DNA from: an uncultured Planctomycetota bacterium
Lineage (GTDB): Bacteria > Planctomycetota > Planctomycetia > Planctomycetales > Planctomycetaceae
Length of the DNA: 32,000 nt
Assembly (NCBI GenBank): GCA_947085455.1
Contig: CAMTWR010000043.1
Span: 71,569-103,568 of the forward strand
Direction of reading: 5' to 3'
In this document: positions 26,158 to 32,000 of the stretch, piece by piece
How the letters are laid out: each line of letters starts with the position of its first letter
Position numbering within the stretch: the first letter of the stretch is position 1
The notes under the pieces: model-generated
Seen by the model: only the letters and a program-made list of their open reading frames with translations
What the model was told of the DNA's origin: nothing
Database searches by the model: none
Position numbers and translations under genes: made by a program

Positions 26158-27716
26158 ACTTCTGACGCCACGATCTCGGCAACGCGCAGAGCATTGGCGA
26201 TGATTGTTAAGGACGGGCCAACTCCCAATGAAGATGGCATGAAACTTCCGTCGACTACAAAAACATCCGGCTGATCAAACAGACGACATTCGGGATCCGC
26301 AACCGCGTAGTCTCGCGACAATCCAAAACGAATCGTGCCGCACTGATGAGCGACATGTTCCTGCGACGGTCTTAGTCCTGAGACGCAATGGACCGCTCCA
26401 GTGCTCTTCAGAAGATCTGCCATACGCCGAGAAAGCTCCGCGCCACGTTCACGATCGTAGTCCGAGAACTGATGATGAAGCTGAATAGTCCCGGACGGGG
26501 CAAGCGAAATGCGATTTTCCGGATTGGGCAGATCTTCAACGATGCCGACCAGAGGCAACATGCGTGAACGCAGAATCTTCAGCATCCAATGAGGAGCCCA
26601 TCGCAGGCCGGATTTTGCCATCATCAGTGGCCCCGGTGCCGGCAAGGACTGAACGATCCCCATTTTCTCAGGCAGATCCCGAGTGCCAAAGTAAAAGTCC
26701 GAAGAGCCGATCTGCTTGATGAAAGTCTCTGTCGCACCGGTGGGACGCCAAAAGAGGCCGATCGAGATCGGCGAATAGTGCATCATGTAATTCCGACCGA
26801 TCATGGGATGTTGAAACCCCGATCTCAGCAGCAGCGCTGCAGATCCCATCGCACCGGCTGACAAGACATAACGTTTTGCGGTGTATCGTTTCCGCGATCC
26901 GGTGGCTCGATCTCTTAGCCAAACACCATTGAGTCGCCCGTTGGTGCCTCGTTCCAGATGGTCGGCTTCCCAGTGAGATTTCAGAGTGAGAGAATCTCCG
27001 CGACCAATGCTTTCACTGACAAGCTGAGCTGATGACCGTCGCGCTCCGGTCGGGCAGGCGAATCCTGCACAGTTATCACACCGCAGGCATTTCGAAGCAT
27101 CAATCGCCAATGGTAAGCGATAAGGGTTGAGACCTGACTTCCATGCTGAACGCAGCAGCATTTCATTAATGCGAGCGAGGGGGATGACGTTTTTATCCGC
27201 CGCCGAGGAATTTGAAGCATGCCCATGCCTGCGCTCGTACGTTGCCGAATCATACGGTACTCCCGGGTTTCGAGGATCTCTTACATCCACAACTCCATAA
27301 AGTCGTTCGGCTGTTTTGAAGTGAGATTCGAAGGATTCGTAAGCCACCGGCCATTCATGTATCTCGCGCGGAATACGACGAGCGTAATATCGACCGGGTG
27401 AAAAGTCCGCCGGATGAGGCCGCAACAACGCGGCTCCGTAAACTGCTGTGCCACCACCGGCAACTCCGCCCATGTAAAGGCGGGACGGCTGCGAGTTCAA
27501 CAGGATGGAGCGATCATCGTACGGCTGCTTGCTGATTAATGTATTGAACTCATTGTGCAGAGATTGCGGATGAGTTGAAGCCACGTTCGTCAAAGTCGGC
27601 AGCATCTCCCCACGTTCAACCAGGAGCACATTCTTCCCGGCCGCCGCGCAGGTCGCAGCCAGGGTTCCGCCTCCAGCGCCACTGCCGATCACGATGATGT
27701 CAAAGTCTGCATCCAT
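26154..27716 (-). CDS. GMC-family FAD-dependent oxidoreductase
   Basis: The N-terminal DIIVIGSGAGGGTLA...LLVERG is a GxGxxG ADP-binding fold. The C-terminal HQCGTIRFG...VVDGSFMPSSLGVGPSLTIIANALRVA is the GMC signature. Confidence 0.85.
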   Translation of the reverse strand: MDADFDIIVIGSGAGGGTLAATCAAAGKNVLLVERGEMLPTLTNVASTHPQSLHNEFNTLISKQPYDDRSILLNSQPSRLYMGGVAGGGTAVYGAALLRPHPADFSPGRYYARRIPREIHEWPVAYESFESHFKTAERLYGVVDVRDPRNPGVPYDSATYERRHGHASNSSAADKNVIPLARINEMLLRSAWKSGLNPYRLPLAIDASKCLRCDNCAGFACPTGARRSSAQLVSESIGRGDSLTLKSHWEADHLERGTNGRLNGVWLRDRATGSRKRYTAKRYVLSAGAMGSAALLLRSGFQHPMIGRNYMMHYSPISIGLFWRPTGATETFIKQIGSSDFYFGTRDLPEKMGIVQSLPAPGPLMMAKSGLRWAPHWMLKILRSRMLPLVGIVEDLPNPENRISLAPSGTIQLHHQFSDYDRERGAELSRRMADLLKSTGAVHCVSGLRPSQEHVAHQCGTIRFGLSRDYAVADPECRLFDQPDVFVVDGSFMPSSLGVGPSLTIIANALRVAEIVASEV

Positions 27717-27736
27717 GGCATGGACTCTGGATGCGA

Positions 27737-27824
27737 ATTAAGAACTTCCCGTTAACAGTTTATGAGTGATTTGCGAACTGCGGGGCTACGCCAGAATTAA
27801 ACAATTTCTGCACGTGTTCTTAAT
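27737..27824. promoter_or_regulatory. Divergent promoter region with a 9-bp inverted repeat (candidate operator)
   Basis: ATTAAGAAC (27737-27745) and GTTCTTAAT (27816-27824) are perfect inverted copies within the 183-bp gap between the two divergent operons. A third GAATTAA half-site lies at 27794. Confidence 0.3.
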
Positions 27825-27899
27825 CCGTCTCATTCAAAACACGGGACTTGCGGCCTTCGTAAACCGACACAGGAACCCTTACACGATCGGCAACCCCTG

Positions 27900-28718
27900 A
27901 TGGAATCAGCGGTCATTCAGCGTCAGTATGACGATGTCATTGCAAGCCAGTACGATCAGGATCCTCAAAACACAACCGGCAAGTCCCTCGAGCGTGCTCT
28001 GGATCATCTCGAATTAGAAGGGCTCTTCTCGCAGATCCTACCGTCGATGCGAGTCCTGGATATTGGAATGGGAACCGGCATGTTTCTGGAGAAGCTGCGA
28101 GCCCGTTCTCAGCGTGCCATCGAACCCTGGGGTCTCGATATCTCAGAGAAGATGGCCAGCATCGCGAGAAAGAAGCTTCCGGATTTGATCTGTGAGATCG
28201 ATGACGGCGCAAACCTAGATAAGCATTTCAATGACGACCAGTTTGATTTGGTGGCAACACATTTTGTGACGGGTTTCGTTCCCATTGAACATATCGCTCC
28301 ACGGATCTTTGCAAAACTGGACGCCGGTGGTGTCTGGTCTTTCGTCGGTGGAACAACAGCCGGTTATCCAGAGTTACAGCGTCGCGCAGGACACCCGTTA
28401 CTCAAGCTGCTGTTCGGCGGCGGTACGACAGAGTTGCAGGGGATGATCTGCCCCAACAACGAACAGGCTGTCGTTAAGGTTCTGCAGCAGAACGGTTTCG
28501 AGATTCTGATGTCGGAGACATATAAGCCGGAGCTTCGGTTTCCGAATTTCGCCTCATTCATTGAATACGGCTATCACGGCGGCTGGCTGACTCCGTTCAT
28601 CGAAGAGATTGGATTGCATAAAGCGAAACGCTGGCAACAAGCGATCCTGAATCGACTTGTCTTTCCCGTCGTTGACCACCACAGCATTGTACTGGCCGTA
28701 GCGCGCCGACCTGCTTAA
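27900..28718 (+). CDS. Class I SAM-dependent methyltransferase
   Basis: Motif I is VLDIGMGTGMF, followed by post-I GLDISEKM and FDLVATHFV. The substrate is unknown. Confidence 0.75.
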   Translation: MESAVIQRQYDDVIASQYDQDPQNTTGKSLERALDHLELEGLFSQILPSMRVLDIGMGTGMFLEKLRARSQRAIEPWGLDISEKMASIARKKLPDLICEIDDGANLDKHFNDDQFDLVATHFVTGFVPIEHIAPRIFAKLDAGGVWSFVGGTTAGYPELQRRAGHPLLKLLFGGGTTELQGMICPNNEQAVVKVLQQNGFEILMSETYKPELRFPNFASFIEYGYHGGWLTPFIEEIGLHKAKRWQQAILNRLVFPVVDHHSIVLAVARRPA

Positions 28719-28741
28719 ATTCTTTCTCTGGGAGTTCCGCA

Positions 28742-30034
28742 ATGCGGATTGCGATCATCGCTGAAGTCTTTCTCCCCAAAATTGATGGCGTTGTTGGACG
28801 GACGGTGAATTTGATCCGTCAGTTGCAGGCAAAAGGCGATGAGGTCATCGTTGTTTGTCCGCGAGTTTCCGAACCTCGAAATTCGCCGGTTCCCCTGATC
28901 GAGTTCCCCAGCTTTCCCTGCGCCAGTTATCCCGAGTATGCCATTGGTCTGCCTGACCAGCGGCTAATTCGAGAGCTGCGGGAGTTCAGGCCCGATGTGG
29001 TCCACTTCCTCAATCCATTCGCGTTCGGGTTTCAGTGCTACGATTTGTTGTGTCGCAGTGACCTGCAATTGCCGGTGTTGTTTTCGTTCCACACGCTCTA
29101 CGGGGAATTCGTGAAGCAGTATCCTGGTCTGGGAATGCTCTCACGAGTGCTCTGGTGGCTGATGAAGAGCTATCACAACACGGCCGATCGAAATCTGACC
29201 GTGTCGGATTTCATGGCAGAAGATCTTCGCAAGCGAGGGTTCGAACGAGTAGCCTTGTGGCCTCCGGCGGTTGACTGCAGTCTTTACAATCCTGAGCGAA
29301 AGTCTGCCGCCATGAGGAGTCGGCTGAGCGGCAATCATCCGGAGTCGCCGTTGCTGTTGACGGTTTCCCGCCTGGCCTCCGAGAAGAACGTCAGCTTTCT
29401 GACGGAGGTGCTCGAACGAGTGCCGGAGGCAACGCTGGCAATCGTTGGTGGAGGTCCTCAACGCGAGGAATTGGTTCGAAGGTTCTCGCCCTACAAAGCT
29501 CACTTCGTAGGATACCTGCGCGGTGAAGAACTGGCTGCGGCTTATGCCTCATCCGATGCATTCGTTTATGCTTCTGAAACTGAAACGATGGGCAATGTCA
29601 TCCTTGAAGCCATGGCCTGCGGATTGCCCGTCATCGCAGCGAATGCGGGTGGTGTTACAAGTCTGGTCCAGCATGGCTCAGACGGATTCCTGTTTACTCC
29701 GCGTAACGCCACGGAAGCCAGCCGCTATGTTCGAGAGATTATTGAATCCGTGAAGCGGCAGGAACAAATGTCTGAGGCTGCTCTGGCGTCCGTTCAAACT
29801 CGGACATGGAGAAACTCCGGCGATGAAGTTCGTGCCCAGTACCAGCAGGTGATCAGCGAGTTTCAGCTTCGGTTACCGAGCCAGATTGAGAATCGTCAGC
29901 CCGGAACAATGGCCACACTTTTGACAAAGACCCTCGTTTACCTGTTTCAGCTTCTTGCACTTGGGAAAATCATTCCAACATTGAACCTGGAAACTTCCCG
30001 CACGCGTCAGCAGCAAGCTCCGGCATTTAAGTAG
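28742..30034 (+). CDS. GT4 glycosyltransferase resembling SqdX/SQD2-type diacylglycerol glycosyltransferases
   Basis: By recollection of SqdX-like sequences, MRIAIIAEVFLPKIDGVVGRT..., MRSRLSGNHPESPLLLTVSRLASEK and FVGYLRGEELAAAYASSDAFVYASETETMGNVILEAMACGLPVIAANAGG (E-x7-E) match. It has a hydrophobic C-terminal helix and GGGAG 8 nt upstream. Confidence 0.6.
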   Translation: MRIAIIAEVFLPKIDGVVGRTVNLIRQLQAKGDEVIVVCPRVSEPRNSPVPLIEFPSFPCASYPEYAIGLPDQRLIRELREFRPDVVHFLNPFAFGFQCYDLLCRSDLQLPVLFSFHTLYGEFVKQYPGLGMLSRVLWWLMKSYHNTADRNLTVSDFMAEDLRKRGFERVALWPPAVDCSLYNPERKSAAMRSRLSGNHPESPLLLTVSRLASEKNVSFLTEVLERVPEATLAIVGGGPQREELVRRFSPYKAHFVGYLRGEELAAAYASSDAFVYASETETMGNVILEAMACGLPVIAANAGGVTSLVQHGSDGFLFTPRNATEASRYVREIIESVKRQEQMSEAALASVQTRTWRNSGDEVRAQYQQVISEFQLRLPSQIENRQPGTMATLLTKTLVYLFQLLALGKIIPTLNLETSRTRQQQAPAFK

Positions 30035-30275
30035 ATACCTGGACGTGGAATTCATCAGAATTGAATTCAAATCGCGCTATAGCATTAACTTTCATATCCG
30101 AGACTTAAGTGAAGTGTCGCGGGATTCGGTATCGCTGGTGTTGAATCTCAGACTTTGTGGTTGGTGGAATCGCGAAAAGCAGCCAGCGAGGCAATTCTCT
30201 CATGACAGAGCGATCCGTGCATGTCGCAGCTAGAGGATCTGGTTTCGAATCTGACGTCAATCCAGGGAGGGCTCT

Positions 30276-30818
30276 ATGAAGACCAGTCGACGGCAAGCGG
30301 CCATCAATCAAATGGTCTATTGGGATCGCCAGATCACGTTTCTGATGAACCGAACTTTGAGATGGCGAACAGTCTCACCGTTCTTTCGAGTTATTAGTAA
30401 TCTTGGCAACGGGAAATTCTGGTATGCGTTGATGGTGATTCTGCCGTTGTTTCACGGTCACTATGGAATCAAAGCCGCCCTGCATATGGGGCTGACTGCA
30501 CTTATCACGCTTCTGGTTTACAAGTCAGTGAAAGGTGTGACTCAGCGACCACGCCCCGGTGCTGTCTACGAGGCGATCATGCAGGGAACTGTAGCTCTGG
30601 ATGAGTACAGTTTTCCGTCGGGGCATACGATGCATGCTGTCGCATTTTCAGTGATCGCCGTTTCCTGGTTCCCGGCATTGCTGCCGCTGCTGCTTAGCTT
30701 TACGGTTCTCATCGCAATCTCCCGCGTTGTGCTGGGGCTCCACTATCCAACGGACGTTGTGCTGGGAGCCTTGTTCGGCATGCTTATTAGTCAACTGAGT
30801 CTGCTGATCGTGGGATAG
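30276..30818 (+). CDS. PAP2-family lipid phosphate phosphatase
   Basis: All three PAP2 motifs are present: KSVKGVTQRPRP (Kx6RP), PSGHT and SRVVLGLHYPTD (SRx5Hx3D). It has multiple TM helices. Confidence 0.85.
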   Translation: MKTSRRQAAINQMVYWDRQITFLMNRTLRWRTVSPFFRVISNLGNGKFWYALMVILPLFHGHYGIKAALHMGLTALITLLVYKSVKGVTQRPRPGAVYEAIMQGTVALDEYSFPSGHTMHAVAFSVIAVSWFPALLPLLLSFTVLIAISRVVLGLHYPTDVVLGALFGMLISQLSLLIVG

Positions 30819-30840
30819 AAGTTATTCGATTCTGCTCGCT

Positions 30841-31752
30841 GTGAGTGACGAATCGAAACAAAACGCAGCTCGTCCGGAGACGATCAACTTGGTCATGTAC
30901 GCCGAACAGTCTCACTTGGACAGGCTCCTGTTTTCTGCTTCCGCTCAGCCGAATACCGTTCCTGACCGCGCGGCGGTCTTCAGGCTTGGATTGCAGTCCA
31001 TGCTTGGCTTATTCCTCGCGCCGCTCGGTCGAAGCGGAGCAAAGTTTCACAGACTACTTTCCTGTTCGAGCCGTCTGGAACATGGGCTGATTATCATTCT
31101 CCCGGGCATCGAAGGTTGCAGTTCTATCAATGACAGTATTGCTCGCGGCCTCGTTGCCGGCCAGTTGTCGCACGCGATTCAAATCATCGACTGGCGACGC
31201 TTTCGTCCGTGGAACCCGCTGCATCTGGCTATGCAGCGACACAATCGTACTCAGGCCCGGGTCGTTGCGGAGTTGATTGTCAGCTACCAGCGCAACTTCC
31301 CGGGCCAGCCGGTTCACTTGATCGGTCACTCCGCCGGTGCAGGGATGGCGTTGTTCGTTCTGGAGCAACTGCGAGAAGATCAGGCTGTGACTTCGGTCAC
31401 ATTATTGTCTGCAGCTGTTTCACGAAAATTTGATGTGGGGCGTCTTCTGAGTCGCACGACGGCTGGCATTTGGAACTTTTATTCTCCGCTGGATTTGCCC
31501 ACTGTCGGGATAGGCACCATGCTCTTCGGGACAATGGACCGTCACCACACCGTATCGGCTGGCGCACTGGGGTTCCTCATCAGGGATCATGATTCAGTGT
31601 CTGCTGGCATTTCACGGGAGCAAGGGCCAAGACTGAATCAGATTCCGTACAAAAAGAGTATGGCCAAATCCTGGAATTTCGGTGGTCATTTCGGATCTAC
31701 AAACGCGGCGTTTGTTCGGGAGCATATTGCTCCCATCTGCCGCCAACGTTGA
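30841..31752 (+). CDS. Alpha/beta-hydrolase (lipase/esterase-like)
   Basis: The nucleophile elbow is HLIGHSAGAG (GxSxG) and there is an N-terminal hydrophobic segment. It may use the GTG start at 30841, with an alternative ATG at 30895. Confidence 0.65.
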   Translation: MSDESKQNAARPETINLVMYAEQSHLDRLLFSASAQPNTVPDRAAVFRLGLQSMLGLFLAPLGRSGAKFHRLLSCSSRLEHGLIIILPGIEGCSSINDSIARGLVAGQLSHAIQIIDWRRFRPWNPLHLAMQRHNRTQARVVAELIVSYQRNFPGQPVHLIGHSAGAGMALFVLEQLREDQAVTSVTLLSAAVSRKFDVGRLLSRTTAGIWNFYSPLDLPTVGIGTMLFGTMDRHHTVSAGALGFLIRDHDSVSAGISREQGPRLNQIPYKKSMAKSWNFGGHFGSTNAAFVREHIAPICRQR

Positions 31753-31859
31753 ACTCTTCACTTCGCAGGGACGTGAGATCATGATGAGTTTCACAGAAGA
31801 TCTTCTTGTCGACGAACCTCTGGATTTTGTCGCTCCGCATCTGCCGGGATTAACAGACA

Positions 31860-32000
31860 ATGAAGTCGGTGGGAGTCCGTGGTCGGGTATTGCTGGTCGA
31901 TGGCTTCACGGTCACTGCGGCCGACACACCCGAGAATCAGACCGAGTATCCGCAGAATCCCGCGCAGAAAGAAGGCATTGGTTTCCCGATTCTGCGCGGC
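31860..32000 (+). mobile_element. IS4-family transposase fragment, 5'-truncated and running off the window
   Basis: MKSVGVRGRVLLVDGFTVTAADTPENQTEYPQNPAQKEGIGFPILRG matches the W-G-x-L-x-x-DG-T-x-x-x-x-PDTPEN...FP segment, which normally sits about 100 aa into IS4-type transposases. An in-frame stop at 31851-31853 lies directly upstream. Confidence 0.55.

Noticed and set aside
5755-27775. Recurring TGCGAAC heptamer in several intergenic regions (5757, 14365, 27733 and 27772)
   Set aside because: About four occurrences of any given 7-mer are expected by chance in 64 kb of two-strand sequence, and the surrounding context is not conserved.
1-32000. CRISPR arrays, rRNA genes, additional tRNAs and recognisable defence-system genes (restriction, toxin-antitoxin, CBASS-like and so on)
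   Set aside because: No regularly spaced direct repeats, no rRNA-like conserved blocks, no further cloverleafs and no nuclease, cyclase, TIR or Sir2 motifs were seen in any ORF.
17680-32000. attR-type direct repeat of the tRNA-Arg 3' end (ggttcgaatccactcgggcgca)
   Set aside because: No second copy was found by eye. The nearest resemblance (ggtttcgaatctgacg at about 30241) shares only the generic tcgaatc core. The island boundary therefore remains unproven within this window.
31781-32000. Open frame starting MMSFTEDLLVDEPLDF, running to the window edge
   Set aside because: It has no recognisable similarity and overlaps the frame carrying the clear IS4-type transposase motif, so it is likely spurious or a scar.

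Overview
This 32 kb window looks like chromosomal DNA from a planctomycete-like bacterium. That origin is inferred from a YTV-type Cys-rich repeat protein, a MoxR/DUF58 pair, long ORF-poor gaps and a characteristic integrase N-terminus. The left 17 kb is mostly cell-envelope and housekeeping: GNAT, a secreted Cys-rich repeat protein, an AsnB-like protein, GT2, an MA-type metallopeptidase-like protein, a GalU-like nucleotidyltransferase, a 1100-aa kinase-like/UDPGP fusion, a PilZ-like protein, a metallophosphoesterase, and MoxR plus DUF58. The centre (16.8-20.4 kb) is a decayed integration hotspot around tRNA-Arg(TCT). It holds a chimeric integrase-N-terminus::histidine-kinase-C-terminus pseudogene with an in-frame TGA, a frameshifted and 5'-truncated tyrosine recombinase abutting an IS3 orfA stub, and low-information filler. 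The right 11.5 kb (20.4-31.75 kb) is the most interesting part. It has two divergent operons: GMC oxidase, Psd-like decarboxylase, a 735-aa protein with a divergent FAD-oxidase-like C-terminus, a tandem live/dead class-III aminotransferase and a small membrane protein on one side, and a SAM methyltransferase, SqdX-like GT4, PAP2 phosphatase and alpha/beta hydrolase on the other. It ends at a 5'-truncated IS4-like transposase. I read this as a candidate uncharacterised membrane-lipid head-group (amino/glyco-lipid) pathway on a fossil island. That reading is inference only. Other observations include RNase P RNA-like sequence islands in an ORF-poor gap and a 44-nt intergenic repeat present twice. 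All functional calls come from motif recognition by eye, with no database searches.
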